A DNA stretch of 64,000 nt from contig NC_068992.1 in the NCBI RefSeq assembly GCF_001194135.2, forward strand, positions 56,409,407 to 56,473,406, read 5' to 3'. Below the pieces are notes generated by a model that worked only from the letters and a program-made list of their open reading frames with translations, made no database searches and was not told the origin of the DNA. The translations under genes and the position numbers were made by a program. Below, piece by piece: positions 1 to 13,599 of the stretch (position 1 is the stretch's first letter; each line of letters starts with the position of its first letter). Origin of the DNA: Octopus bimaculoides (taxonomy: Eukaryota).

Positions 1-58
<58 letters not shown>
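1..58. repeat. (CA)n microsatellite
   Basis: Pure AC dinucleotide run at window start. Confidence 0.98.
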
Positions 59-60
<2 letters not shown>

Positions 61-404
61 CAGAATGTGTAGATTATGCTCTAACTAATCCATTAATATA
101 CCTTGTATGAGTAGAAAAATATTATTAAATAAAATTTCGGATGTTTTTATACTTTGTAAACATAGCTATTTTTCAACTTAAAGTTTTTTCTCGTTTAGAT
201 ATAACCAACCCATGTTAATAATTGAAGCCAAAATTCCGACCTTTCATTCCCAATAAGTATTAGAATAGCCATAGATGCATCATTTTCTGTAAGCTTTGTA
301 GCATATTTAATCCTCATTTTAGAATTTATTTTAGTTATCTGAACAAATTTTTATAGCAACATAGGATACCTGGTCCATGTATGAAGTCTTTTAAAATCTC
401 GTTT

Positions 405-799
405 TTTTACTTGTTTCAGTCACTTAACTGTGGCCATGCTGGAGCAGTGCCTTTATAGTCAAGCAAATCGACCCTAGGACTTATTCTTTGTAAGCCTAGT
501 ACTTAATCTATCGGCCTCGTTTGCCGAACCGCTAAGTTACAGGGACGTAAACACATCACCATCGGTTGTCAAGTCATGTTGGGGGAACAGACACAGACAC
601 ACAAACATATATACACACATACATATATAAATATATATATACGACTGGCTTCTTTCAGTTTCCGTCTACCAAATCCACTTACAAGGCTTTGGTCGGCCCG
701 AGCCTATAGTAGAAGACACTTGCCCAAGGTGCCACGCAGTGGGACTGAACCTGGAACCATGCAGTTCGTAAGCAAGCTACTTACCACACACACACTCCT
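405..799 (-). mobile_element. SINE family A (tRNA-derived, CORE/OR-like), near full length
   Basis: Minus strand reads tRNA-like head (GTGTGGTAAGTAGC... box A-like; GGTTCAGTCCC box B-like), then CORE-like GGCACCTTGGGCAAGTGTCTTCT, an internal microsatellite, and the 3' part ending CCAGCATGGCCACAGT...TGAAACAAGTAAAA. The same sequence recurs more than 10 times in the window. Confidence 0.9.
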
Positions 800-1230
800 T
801 AAATAATTTAAAAAACTTTTCTAATATTCTCTGATGAAGGAAATGTATATACTTGAGATGGGTACAAATAATTCACCCATTTTAAAATAACTTCCCCGAA
901 ACGGCCGTAGGATGTGTATGAATTTGATCTCTGGACTAAAGTATTCGCTTTTTTGAGCTACCCATACATCTTTTTAATATTTTCAATTTTGCAATGCGTT
1001 GACCGTGTGCATTTAACCTTCAACCTTTTTATGTTTTAGAAGGGATTTACAATTTCAGGCGATCTCATACAGATATATATTTTATATTTCTATATTTCTA
1101 TAAAAATATTTGTATTTATATATCATATATTTTACATGAGGAATTGTGTCTTTCGAAAATATATTGAGGAAAATAATCTCTTTTTTGGTTCTCATTATCT
1201 CGAAGATTGCTTTTTCATTGAAATATACAT

Positions 1231-1273
<43 letters not shown>

Positions 1274-1483
1274 NNNNNNNNNNNNNNNNNNNNNNNNNNN
1301 NNNNNNNNNNNNNNNNNNNNNNNNNNNNNNNNNNNNNNNNNNNNNNNNNNNNNNNNNNNNNNNNNNNNNNNNNNNNNNNNNNNNNNNNNNNNNNNNNNNN
1401 NNNNNNNNNNNNNNNNNNNNNNNNNNNNNNNNNNNNNNNNNNNNNNNNNNNNNNNNNNNNNNNNNNNNNNNNNNNNNNNNNNN

Positions 1484-1526
<43 letters not shown>

Positions 1527-2120
1527 ACACGTATATGCATACACTCCTTCATATGCTCCGTACACCTGTTTGCATACGCACGACATCTTAAATGCAAAAA
1601 TCACCGATATATTTACAAAAGTCTTACGCAGAAACATATTCCTTCTAGATATACACACGCAGGCACACACATACACACATTCACACAATACACACACACT
1701 CCTGCCCACAGACGCATATACATACACACACATGTACACAGGGGCAAAACTTTTATTATAACTACTAAGTTTGTAAAATGCTATGAGCTTCGTATTTTAA
1801 TTGCCAAATGAAGCCATTTCTAGTTCTTCACGGCTTTATTGCCTCTTGGATAAGACATGACTTTGTATATTTATAATTTTCTCCTTCAACTCTTCTTTTA
1901 TTTACGCCTGCATATACATATATAGAAGCAATGTGCTACTGCTCATACATTTACACATACAAAGGCAGATATACAAGCACACACACACTTCGATGTGCTT
2001 ATACAATCACTCACATACACGTTGATTATATAACCTGAGTCACTTTTTTGCAAAACTCTTGTTTTAGAATCGGCAGACCAGTATATATATATAATATATA
2101 TATATATCCAGAGAGAGAGA

Positions 2121-2153
<33 letters not shown>

Positions 2154-3020
2154 GGAGAGGGAGAGGGAGTGAGAGATAGATAGATAGATAGAGNNNNNNN
2201 NNNNNNNNNNNNNNNNNNNNNNNNNNNNNNNNNNNNNNNNNNNNNNNNNNNNNNNNNNNNNNNNNNNNNNNNNNNNNNNNNNNNNNNNNNNNNNNNNNNN
2301 NNNNNNNNNNNNNNNNNNNNNNNNNNNNNNNNNNNNNNNNNNNNNNNNNNNNNNNNNNNNNNNNNNNNNNNNNNNNNNNNNNNNNNNNNNNNNNNNNNNN
2401 NNNNNNNNNNNNNNNNNNNNNNNNNNNNNNNNNNNNNNNNNNNNNNNNNNNNNNNNNNNNNNNNNNNNNNNNNNNNNNNNNNNNNNNNNNNNNNNNNNNN
2501 NNNNNNNNNNNNNNNNNNNNNNNNNNNNNNNNNNNNNNNNNNNNNNNNNNNNNNNNNNNNNNNNNNNNNNNNNNNNNNNNNNNNNNNNNNNNNNNNNNNN
2601 NNNNNNNNNNNNNNNNNNNNNNNNNNNNNNNNNNNNNNNNNNNNNNNNNNNNNNNNNNNNNNNNNNNNNNNNNNNNNNNNNNNNNNNNNNNNNNNNNNNN
2701 NNNNNNNNNNNNNNNNNNNNNNNNNNNNNNNNNNNNNNNNNNNNNNNNNNNNNNNNNNNNNNNNNNNNNNNNNNNNNNNNNNNNNNNNNNNNNNNNNNNN
2801 NNNNNNNNNNNNNNNNNNNNNNNNNNNNNNNNNNNNNNNNNNNNNNNNNNNNNNNNNNNNNNNNNNNNNNNNNNNNNNNNNNNNNNNNNNNNNNNNNNNN
2901 NNNNNNNNNNNNNNNNNNNNNNNNNNNNNNNNNNNNNNNNNNNNNNNATATATGTATGTATTTAGGAATGGATAGGTCGCGTTGAATTAAATAATAAATA
3001 ATAAATCATATATATCCATA

Positions 3021-3128
3021 TAACTTAGCGGTTCGGCAAAAGAGACCGATAGAATAAGTACTAGGCTTACAAAGAATAAGTCCTGGGCTCGATTTGCTAG
3101 ACTAAAGGCGGTGCTCCAGCATGGCCGC
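3021..3128 (+). mobile_element. SINE family A, 3' fragment
   Basis: TAACTTAGCGGTTCGGCAAAAGAGACCGATAGAATAAGTACTAGGCTTACAAAG...GGCGGTGCTCCAGCATGGCCGC matches the 3' half of the 405-799 copy in the opposite orientation. Confidence 0.9.
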
Positions 3129-3146
3129 ATATATATATATATATGT

Positions 3147-3177
<31 letters not shown>

Positions 3178-3270
3178 CATATATAAGCACATACATATAT
3201 ACATACACACATACATACATACATTAATATCTATATATTTGTATACATCAACATATGTTAGTACGTATAC

Positions 3271-3680
3271 TCTTTTACTTGTTCCAGTCATTTGACTGTG
3301 GCCATGCTGGAGCACTGCCTTTAGTCGAGCAAATCGACCCCAGGACTTATTCTTTGTAAGCCTAATACTAATTCTATCGGTCCCTTTGCCGAACAACCGG
3401 CATCCGTTGTCAAGCAATGTNNNNNNNNNNTGTCAAGCAATGTTGGGGGGGGGGGACAAACACACACACAAACACACACACACATGTATATATATATATA
3501 TATATATATATACATACGACGGGTTTCTTTCAGTTTCTGTCTACCAAACCCTCTCATAAGGTTTTGGTCGGCCCGAGGCTATAGTAGAAGACACTTGCAT
3601 AAGATGCCATGCAGTGGGACTGAACCTGGAATCATGTGGTTGGTAGGCAAGCTACTTACCACACAGTCACTCCTACGCCT
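3271..3680 (-). mobile_element. SINE family A, near full length
   Basis: Colinear with the 405-799 copy; has an internal deletion and a 10-N gap. Confidence 0.9.
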
Positions 3681-3719
3681 ATATGTATAAATAAACGTAT
3701 GTATAAGTAAACCTAAACT

Positions 3720-4430
3720 TGTCAGTATAGAACTATAATGAACCTTTCCAATGCTATTACTAATAAATCTGGTTTGTAGATTGAAGTGACGAGTGTAGCG
3801 ACAAGCCTCCAGTGAACTAGCTCTTGTGTCTAAGACAAATCTCAATTTCTGATTGACAGGATGTTTAATAATTTGGAAGTTAAAGTCATTTACGTCTATG
3901 CGAATATATATAGCTACAAGGGGAATCTTGCTTAATTGTATTCTGAGGAGATCTGATGCCGTGTTGAAAATATTGATAACTTATGTAGCTTAATCGATTT
4001 TCTGTGTAGTTGTGTTAGATAAATGCATATATTTGGTCTCATAGGGTATCTTTTTTCAGGGCCCATGAATAATTCCGATATATTATGGATGGTATGGTTG
4101 TTTAGATACGAGTGAGCTTAGTAATTAATAAGCAGGTCTATGATAGAGAAAATTCCAGTTGTGGCTTTCTTGTTTTTCTTGTACATTTAGAACAGACTTA
4201 CATTCCTCCTTTTTCAAGACGAGTGTAAGTAATTTTACTTGCTACTTCTTGAAAACTAAACAGCATCGTTAAAATATATGGTTGGTTCTTTAAGGTGAAG
4301 AACAAAAGATAAATAGAGACATATAATTTCCTCGCAAGCTGCTTAATACTATTGTACAGTTAGATAATTTATTATTGTAGTAGACAAATCGGGGGTAAGT
4401 CATCCTTTGCAGACCACATCATATTGACAC
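3720..4430 (-). mobile_element. Possible heavily decayed Penelope-like RT/thumb remnant
   Basis: Minus-strand peptides VNDFNFQIIKHP and ACRYTRHF weakly recall the KRDDFNFPIVNFP...RACS.Y.DF motifs of PLE-type RTs. Many stops; manual motif match only. Confidence 0.3.
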
Positions 4431-4606
4431 GTCATATATGCAGAAATTTAGTATACAAACTGTACAGTTGGATCAACTGATGCGTGTAGAATGTAATGCA
4501 GTATTCAGATACAAAACTCGTTGCTGCATTTGAAATGCTGCGATCAAATTCATTTGTATATTTTGTGTCGGTTTTGTTTGCATATATTTATATATGCATG
4601 TATGTT

Positions 4607-4637
<31 letters not shown>

Positions 4638-4989
4638 NNNNNNNNNNNNNNNNNNNNNNNNNNNNNNNNNNNNNNNNNNNNNNNNNNNNNNNNNNNNNNN
4701 NNNNNNNNNNNNNNNNNNNNNNNNNNNNNNNNNNNNNNNNNNNNNNNNNNNNNNNNNNNNNNNNNNNNNNNNNNNNNNNNNNNNNNNNNNNNNNNNNNNN
4801 NNNNNNNNNNNNNNNNNNNNNNNNNNNNNNNNNNNNNNNNNNNNNNNNNNNNNNNNNNNNNNNNNNNNNNNNNNNNNNNNNNNNNATATATATATATATA
4901 CGATGAGCTTTCACATACATATATATATAGACATGCATGCATACATACATACATACATTATATGTTTATATGTGTGTATGCGTGTGAGT

Positions 4990-5152
4990 ATGTGTTTGTG
5001 TCTGTTTTTGCCGCCCCTCCCCTTCTTGACAATAGGAATTGATATGGTTACGCACTCGTAGTTAAGCGGAGAACAAGGCGGTGCTTCAGCATGGCCACAG
5101 TCTAACGGCTGAAACAAGTGAAGGATTAAAAGATAAAAGATTAAAAGATATT
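4990..5152 (+). mobile_element. SINE family A, 3' part with internal deletion and AAAAGAT-type tail
   Basis: GGCGGTGCTTCAGCATGGCCACAGTCT...CTGAAACAAGTG followed by AAAAGATAAAAGATTAAAAGATA. Confidence 0.8.
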
Positions 5153-5453
5153 TATAAGTTCCTTCGTGAAGGACATCAATAATACACACTCTTTTATGTT
5201 TATCTGTATAATTGCAATCTTCATCATCATAAGTAAATACGCCAGTATTTCGAAATAATACAAAGAGATGTTTGATTTATTATTCACAAAGAGAATTCCG
5301 TTTATAAAAGCATTAGCTTTGAGCGCGGTAATTTCGTCATCGTTAACTGCGGAAAGCGGGTTTTACTCCAAAACATCTTTGATAAAACGATCTGTCCTTA
5401 TTCTGCCAGAAGAGAAGATATTTTTTGAGATTTTCTTAATTTCCTTTCTGCAG

Positions 5454-5730
5454 GTGCAGGCGTGGCTGTGTAGTAAGAAACGCGTTTTCTTTCCACATGG
5501 TTCTGGGTTCAGTCCCATTGCGTAGCACCTTGGGTAAATGCTTTCTTCTATAGCCTCGGACCGACCAGAGCTTCGTAAGTGGATTTGGTAGACGGAAGCT
5601 GAAAGAAGCCCGTCGTCACTGTGTCTGTGTTTGTACCCCCACCACTGCTTGACAACGGTGTTGGTGTGTTCACGTCCCCGTAAAGTAGCGGTCCGGAAAA
5701 CGAGACCAAGTTCCAGGCTTAAAAGAAAAC
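5454..5730 (+). mobile_element. SINE family A, 3'-truncated, lacking the internal microsatellite
   Basis: GCAGGCGTGGCTGTGTAGTAAG...GGGTTCAGTCCC...CACCTTGGGTAAATG...GGATTTGGTAGACGGAAGCTGAAAGAAGCCCGTCG. Confidence 0.85.
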
Positions 5731-5877
5731 CAAACCCATGAAATTAAAGTGCCAGCAATTGGGTAATACATTGACATGTTTATTCTTGATTTTATTCTTT
5801 GGCCGAATCAACATGATACTATATGACAAGATTGCTCTTTTGAATTACATGCGCAATTCACAGAAAGAACTAGGAAG

Positions 5878-5879
<2 letters not shown>

Positions 5880-5966
<87 letters not shown>
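5880..5966. repeat. (GA)n microsatellite
   Basis: Pure GA run. Confidence 0.97.
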
Positions 5967-5970
<4 letters not shown>

Positions 5971-7494
5971 GAGAGCAGTATTGGAAGAAACAAAGAGAGA
6001 GAAAAAAATAATCTACATCACCTCACCCAGTGCAGCACTAGACAAATATCGTATTTATTAACTGCGAAAGCATGAAAAGTAAAGTTGACTTGTAAGTCGA
6101 ACTCAGGGAGCGAGAATTAGAACCAACGCTACAAGAAGTTCTGCTCGGTGCTCTAATGTCTGCGCCAAATACTGCATATGAAACGATGGGCAAAACATTT
6201 ATCATTTGTAAAGTTTGGTGTCGGCTTACATAACAAAGTTAGAAGCAGTTGTTGATGTCTTGTAAACGACTGAATGGAGGTCTGAGATGGAGAGAGAAAT
6301 AAAGGGGAAATACAGAAAGATAGGGAGAGAGAGAGAGGGTGGGGAGAGGGAGACAGAGGTGGTAGGGAGAGGGAGAAATAAAGGGAAAGGAGAGGAAAAA
6401 TAAAGGGGAAACGCAGTAATGGAGTTAATTTGTGAATGTCATATTTTGTTTTGCTTGCTCCAGTAAATCATTTCAGCAGTTATTCTGAATGAGTGGTGTG
6501 ATTTCTACATGAATAATGTTGCCAATATTGATCTGGGGGTGGGTGGAATGGAATAATATCTCTCCCCAAAAAGAAACCACAAAAGATACAAACGATGATT
6601 TCTTTGAGAAATTATGACTAGGGCCGCATGATTCCATAATTCTAATAGTTTTTTAATGGGTGTTTAACATGTTCCTCTGGTAATAATATATATATATATA
6701 TATATATTGAAAGAAACACCATATTGCGTTGTTGAAGCTGCTATAATATGCACTTTATCAATTGTAGCTCCGGAACTTGTTTTTAGTGTAATCGTTATGG
6801 ATTATCACTTGGGTCATATTGGAAATGTATGTAAATCGTTTTCACAGTCGGCCTGATATGAATACTGAATCTCATGTAGAAATGATAATCCTTTGGGCAA
6901 CGTTTGCACAGAAAAATTGAAATAAATTGGCTTGCTTATATTATCGTTTTCAGATGGATGTGAATATCATAAGTACGCAGTAAGTAAAATAAGTTGACTT
7001 TTCTTTTACATCATCGTCAAACGGGAGCAGTTTATGTAGAATGGTCGACAGCAGAATTAAGTGCTTTGTCGTATGTATTTGTTCTCCTTCATAAACTTGC
7101 TTTCAAAAATCCGCCAACGGTATGTATTTGCATTGCATTTATCCTAGGTCGATAAAAATGATCTACTAAGTGAAGTAATGTGGGTAATTCAACCAAATAT
7201 GTACCAGTGTACCAAATATTCAAATTAATTTTTTTCTCCGCAGTGAATGGGTATTATTAATTATTAAAATTATTAAAATAATCATTCTTAATCTGAACCT
7301 TAGAACGCAGATCAAAACCTCTGAATTAAAATTATAGTTAATGAAATCAAATAATATCATTTGAGCTAAACTTGTATATCTGTTGATCTCAAATCATAGC
7401 TTTGGTTTAAAACCATAGCACTAGAAACCAAATCATAGCAACAGAGCTCAAAGTATACATTTCTTGATCTCAAATCAGATCTCTTATGTCAAGC

Positions 7495-8002
7495 GCACTA
7501 AGTTTTAACGTTCTAGATCACTTCCGTTGTTTACAGCAGTGCTTGGAAGGAAGATGTGTAGCGTGTGATCATCGCATTGGTGATGACTAGCGATACCTAC
7601 CCAGAGGCCTGCGGGAAGTTGCAGAAGGTGTATGGAGGCCACGAGTGTATGAGCCGCACACAAGTGTACGGGTGTTTCAGACGTTTCCAAGGTGACTGAC
7701 GAAACGTCGATATTGACTAACGTCCTGGGAGACCCGCAACCAGCAGAATTGAGAAAAACATCGCATATGTGCGTGCAGCTGTGAGGGGAAATCATTCAAT
7801 CACCATCCTTGAGTTATCAGAGGATGTGCAGATTAGTTACAGTTCAGTTCAGTCCATTTTCACTGAAGATTTGGGTAGGAGATACATGTCTGCTAAGTTT
7901 TTGTTAAAATTGCTTTCAGCTGACCAAAAATACACTCGGGCTTCAGTTGCACAAGATCTCCTTGATTGTGTCAAGAACGATGAAAACTTTTTTGAAAACT
8001 TT
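7495..8002 (+). mobile_element. Mariner transposase 5' remnant (HTH region), pseudogenised
   Basis: Reads YPEACGKLQKVYGGHECMSRTQVYGCFRRF...RPGRPATS...VRAAVRGNHSITILELSEDVQISYSSVQSIFTEDLG...SAKF..KLLSADQK, the mariner N-terminal pattern including the degenerate WVPxxL linker. Contains stops. Confidence 0.85.
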
Positions 8003-8012
8003 GCGTGGGGCT

Positions 8013-8239
8013 GGCCTCTGAACAGGTATCGCTTAGCTTTTGCCAAAATTCGATGCAGAATCACTGTTCAACTTTCTCTGTCACGGTCAATGCGACGATC
8101 GCACGCTACACACATTCCTTCCAAGCGATGCTGTAAACAGGGAAAGGTTAAAATTTAGTGCACATGCAAAACAAAATTCAAAGTCAATCTGTGCCAAGCG
8201 GCTTTACTCTGCCTGCTACAGCTTCGTTTCTATAGCAAC
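8013..8239 (-). mobile_element. Second, inverted copy of the same mariner 5' UTR/start
   Basis: Minus strand reads (M/V)TEKVEQ*FCIEFWQKLSDTCSEA. 8013-8161 is an imperfect reverse complement of 7495-7609. Confidence 0.75.
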
Positions 8240-9339
8240 NNNNNNNNNNNNNNNNNNNNNNNNNNNNNNNNNNNNNNNNNNNNNNNNNNNNNNNNNNNNN
8301 NNNNNNNNNNNNNNNNNNNNNNNNNNNNNNNNNNNNNNNNNNNNNNNNNNNNNNNNNNNNNNNNNNNNNNNNNNNNNNNNNNNNNNNNNNNNNNNNNNNN
8401 NNNNNNNNNNNNNNNNNNNNNNNNNNNNNNNNNNNNNNNNNNNNNNNNNNNNNNNNNNNNNNNNNNNNNNNNNNNNNNNNNNNNNNNNNNNNNNNNNNNN
8501 NNNNNNNNNNNNNNNNNNNNNNNNNNNNNNNNNNNNNNNNNNNNNNNNNNNNNNNNNNNNNNNNNNNNNNNNTATATATATATATATATGTGTACACACA
8601 CACACGCACACACGCTCTACACAGAGAGGCTCTATACACACAGACACGCACACGCTCTACACACACATACACACACATACACACACACACACGTTTGTGC
8701 ATGTGTGTGCCCGTTCGAGTTAGCGCAGAAGAGTTTTAAAATATTCAATGAAGAAAGAAAATGAAAATATTTGTAATAAAACTGAAATTTCTCTTTGGAT
8801 ATGTCTCCGACTTGGGAACACACCTCTGCAACCATTTATTGCTTTCAGTTAGCTTTTTGCTACAAACACATTTTTCACACATATTCGTGTTCGAATATGT
8901 CATACCACGCAACCATATATATATATTTTATCCAATGACGATTGAATGCAAATAAACACATTTCGGAATCAATGAAACACATATCTATATTTTCATACAT
9001 TTTACTACTCTCATTTTATAGTTTAGTTTATTTCTTTACGTTTCATGACTTACAAAGCATTAATATTATCTCAATGTAAGCTCATTGGATATTCGTCAAA
9101 AGTCGATAATGGAATTTCAAAGATTTTCATTTTGAATGTATCGTATTACTTACTATATAAAAATGGCAGTGTCGCAGTGAATATTATTAATAACGAAATA
9201 ATTTTCGCTTTGTTAAATTCTCTTCTTCTTTACATATATTTTTATGAAATAATCTCAGCAGCGTACTCTGAATGTTCAATGTCACGAGGTCGTCCCATTT
9301 GTTTACTATGCTGTTCTTCATGATTATACTTGCATATGG

Positions 9340-9397
<58 letters not shown>

Positions 9398-9710
9398 ACA
9401 TACATACACACACATAGATGCGTATACCTACCAACCTACGTACGTACCTATCTACCTATCAACCTACAAACATACATTTATAGACAAGCATACATAGATA
9501 ATTACAATCATATATATGTATNNNNNNNNNNNNNNNNNNNNNNNNNNNNNNNNNNNNNNNNNNNNNNNNNNNNNNNNNNNNNNNNNNNNNNNNNNNNNNN
9601 NNNNNNNNNNTATATATATATTTATATATATGCATATATATATATATATCCATGTGCACAAATATATATATATATGTATATATACATACATACACACATA
9701 TATGTCTCTA

Positions 9711-9850
<140 letters not shown>

Positions 9851-10149
9851 TATACACATACATAAGCACAATCACATTTACGTACATGCACACACGTTTT
9901 CACACACATGGAGACAAGTGTGTTTATTCAGGGACAAATGTAGAAGGAAAATAAAGAAATATTTATGCCAACGTAATATACATGTCTTGATTACGTTCTC
10001 TTCATGTTATCCTATGTTCTTTAATTCTTTTCCTTTTGACTATAAACATATTTCAATATCATGCTAATACTCTGTGACAGACACAGATCGAAGCATAGAA
10101 CACACTGCTATTCAATATATTTCCATATGTATTCGCAGTCTCATCCACA

Positions 10150-10320
10150 TAGGTTTGGCTTGGCTATGTCGTTAAGAAAGCTGCTTTGCGAGCACGTAGT
10201 ATTTGGTTCGGTTTAGTCACATTGCTCGGCACCAAAGCTCGTGACTTTTACTATAAGTCCGGACGATCAATGACTTGTGCCAGAATTTGGTAGACGATAA
10301 CTATGTGGAAACACGTTCTG
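10150..10320 (+). mobile_element. Decayed SINE family A 5' half
   Basis: TGGCTATGTCGTTAAGAAAG...GGTTCGGTTT...GAATTTGGTAGACG; highly diverged. Confidence 0.55.
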
Positions 10321-10994
10321 CATATGTATATCTATATTTATACTTCTACCTTTACGGTGCTTTATTTTACTGGAAAATAATACATTTGCATTGCAATATT
10401 TTATTTTTCAGTGAAAACTTTTTCACTGTTCTCGTTCTGTTAACGGCTAAGCGTTCAGGCGAGTATACTGGCATTAATGTGGCAACATTTGAAATATTGT
10501 CTAGGTAAATGCAGCTGACGAAGATTGATCAAATTTACGTTGACAAACGTATTTGAAGAGTCTGAAACCTAGGTATTGCATTATCCGATTCTGGATTATC
10601 CATTTATCGAATGTTCTTCCTAGAGTTAAGACATACCCCGCCAATATACACACAAAAGTATGTATGTGCACAGAATAATTTTAAAAATCTCAAAATCTCT
10701 TTAGTATTNNNNNNNNNNNNNNNNNNNNNNNNNNNNNNNNNNNNNNNNNNNNNNNNNNNNNNNNNNNNNNNNNNNNNNNNNNNNNNNNNNNNNNNNNNNN
10801 NNNNNNNNNNNNNNNNNNNNNNNNNNNNNNNNNNNNNNNNNNNNNNNNNNNNNNNNNNNNNNNNNNNNNNNNNNNNNNNNNNNNNNNNNNNNNNNNNNNN
10901 NNNNNNNNNNNNNNNNNNNNNNNNNNNNNNNNNNNNNNNNNNNNNNNNNNNNNNNNNNNNNNNNNNNNNNNNNNNNNNNNNNNNNNNNNNNNNN

Positions 10995-11033
<39 letters not shown>

Positions 11034-11387
11034 CGTACACACATACATACATACATACATACATACACACACACAAGCACACAAACACACACCAAGGCAA
11101 TTACGAAGGTAATTGTATATATTTATTAGTTAGATAGATGAGTCTTAGAAAAGGAAAGTGGCATTTATGAAGTCAATGTACATAATTTATGCACCATGCC
11201 ACCAGCTTTCAGAGGAAAATATATCAGCAAACCTATTGGTTGTATAATTGACCCCAGCAAGGTTTGAGGTTAAAGAATTGGATCAAAAATTTCATGACAG
11301 CTTCAAGTTTAGGCCAACACACCGCTTTGACAGAATTAATGATTTCTGTTTTAGGCACAAGACTAGTAATATTTAAAAGAGGAGGTA

Positions 11388-11515
11388 AGGCGGCGAACTG
11401 GCAGAATCGTTAACACGCCGAGAAAAATGTTTAGCGGCATTCTCTCCGTCTATATGTTCCTTGTTCAAATTCCCCCATGGTCGACAGCACCTTTCGGGCT
11501 CGATAAAATAAGTAT
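11388..11515 (+). mobile_element. SINE family B (tRNA-derived), partial
   Basis: AAGGCGGCGAACTGGCAGAATCGTTAACACGCCG...GTTCAAATTC...CTTTCGGGCTCGATAAAATAAGTA. Confidence 0.8.
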
Positions 11516-12164
11516 GAAGGACACGCAAAACTTGTAAACACTGCTTTTTTTTTATATATTACACACAAAATCAATTTTTCTTCTGTTTCTCTTCCTCCTC
11601 TTTTCCCCCATCTTCACTCTATGTTTTTCCGTTTCCTCTTCTTTCTTGACTACTCCCCTCATCTTTAAATACTTCCTTAATAATTTATCAACCACGGCTG
11701 CGTGTCCGATCAACGTCACCGTCCAACAGTGTGTCTTTCCTTTCATACCTTTCCGTATTTATCTCTCTTTCTCTCTCTTTTCTCATTCTCTTAAGTTATC
11801 TGATCCTCTCGATTGATCCAACACATAATTCACGAAGCATTAATACCGAATGATAATCCTTATCGTCTTATCTTCTTTTTTCATTATTTTCCCTCGTGCA
11901 CATGTTTTTTTTTCTTTTTGTGTCTAATTGTTCCAAGTGCACACGTACTCAATGTAAGAAATTGCTTATTTATTCCTTTGTGACCATTTCTATGATTCCG
12001 GCACGATGCTGGTGTTGTATTAATGGCGTTTTCTCTTTAATTAACTTGTTCATTTTGTTCGCATATTCCCCTTCAACGGTAAGGCGGAAAACCAGAAGAA
12101 TCGTTAGCGAAGAGGAATGAATGCTTCGCGGCATTTTTATTAATTATATATATACATAATTAAT

Positions 12165-12330
12165 AAAAAGAAACAACAACGTGGGGACGTGGTACCTGCA
12201 AAGTATTAATAAGACGATCAGAGAAGGAAAGAAAGTGTGTCTTATGTTTCGAGCAAAGCTCTTCTTCAGAAATAGAAAACAGAGGAAAGTCCAACAGAAA
12301 AGAAAAACGGAGGAAAAAATCGCCGACAGT
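12165..12330 (-). mobile_element. Short dispersed repeat C (Penelope pLTR-like) carrying a hammerhead motif
   Basis: Homologous to 29815-29900 and 40396-40570 (ACAACAACGYGRGSACGTGRTA...GACG.TC). Confidence 0.65.
12238..12274 (-). ncRNA. Minimal type-I hammerhead ribozyme motif
   Basis: Minus strand TATTT-CTGAAGA-A-GAGC TTT GCTC-GAAA-CAT-A-AGA. Core and stem II are intact; the stem III palindrome ACGT is mutated to ACAT. Confidence 0.6.
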
Positions 12331-13536
12331 CCACATGTATATATAAATACAAAGGATATATAAGCATATGCATGTGTACACACATGTATGTACATACCTA
12401 CAGCTACATGTGTATATAGATCTATATTCGGGTACAGGACGTTAGAAAATGAACAACAGACAACGGAACAAACACATAGGAAAACAAACAAGCCACTTGT
12501 GGAATTATTCCTTAAATATATNNNNNNNNNNNNNNNNNNNNNNNNNNNNNNNNNNNNNNNNNNNNNNNNNNNNNNNNNNNNNNNNNNNNNNNNNNNNNNN
12601 NNNNNNNNNNNNNNNNNNNNNNNNNNNNNNNNNNNNNNNNNNNNNNNNNNNNNNNNNNNNNNNNNNNNNNNNNNNNNNNNNNNNNNNNNNNNNNNNNNNN
12701 NNNNNNNNNNNNNNNNNNNNNNNNNNNNNNNNNNNNNNNNNNNNNNNNNNNNNNNNNNNNNNNNNNNNNNNNNNNNNNNNNNNNNNNNNNNNNNNNNNNN
12801 NNNNNNNNNNNNNNNNNNNNNNNNNNNNNNNNNNNNNNNNNNNNNNNNNNNNNNNNNNNNNNNNNNTATATATATATATATATATATAATACATGTATAC
12901 CCTTATATATGTGTGCGCGCGCGTGTATGTTTGTGCGTGTGTGTATTCATGTCTGTATGCATGTGTGTGTATATAAATGTATATAAACTCGTATATATGT
13001 ATGTATTATATGACATTTCTGTTCTGCTGTTTCATTTATTTGAATTAAACAGATTTCTCCTCGGTCAGGCACGCCCATTTCCATTTAATTATAATCTGGA
13101 TGCTTGAGCAGAATCCCGTCTTTGTGACTGTACATCAAATGCTTTACTCAAACAAGTAGATTTTGTTATTTATCCTGGCACCGATAAACTTCTAATTCTA
13201 AAAGAAACTAAGCTTTAATACGAGAGTTCAGGAGAAATGTTTTTCGAAATTAAATATTGACATTTAACGGTATTATTCCAGTGACTATCACTCACGTGAA
13301 ATTGTGAGTTCTATTAGCAGCACATCTATAATTGCATCTGTGTTTTAGCACCGTCTATAGATGAACTGGATGAAGGTTTCCGTTTAATTTATTTACTGTG
13401 AACTGACACGTTGTATGTAATTGATATTAAACAAAGAAGAAACAGCAAATAGACGACGGGCGTATTCCAAGCATGATGTTTACTGGTCGACGCTGAGATT
13501 TAATGAATAATAGAGTATACATACACACATACATAC

Positions 13537-13599
<63 letters not shown>

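Noticed and set aside
3408-3443. 13-nt direct repeat TGTCAAGCAATGT on both sides of a 10-N gap
   Set aside because: Unmerged contig overlap; not a target-site duplication.
10550-10590. TTGAAGAG-TCT-GAAACCTAGGTA hammerhead-like string
   Set aside because: C3 is mutated, there is no stem II, and stem I does not pair. Similar partial hits at 831, 24030 and 27965 also fail.
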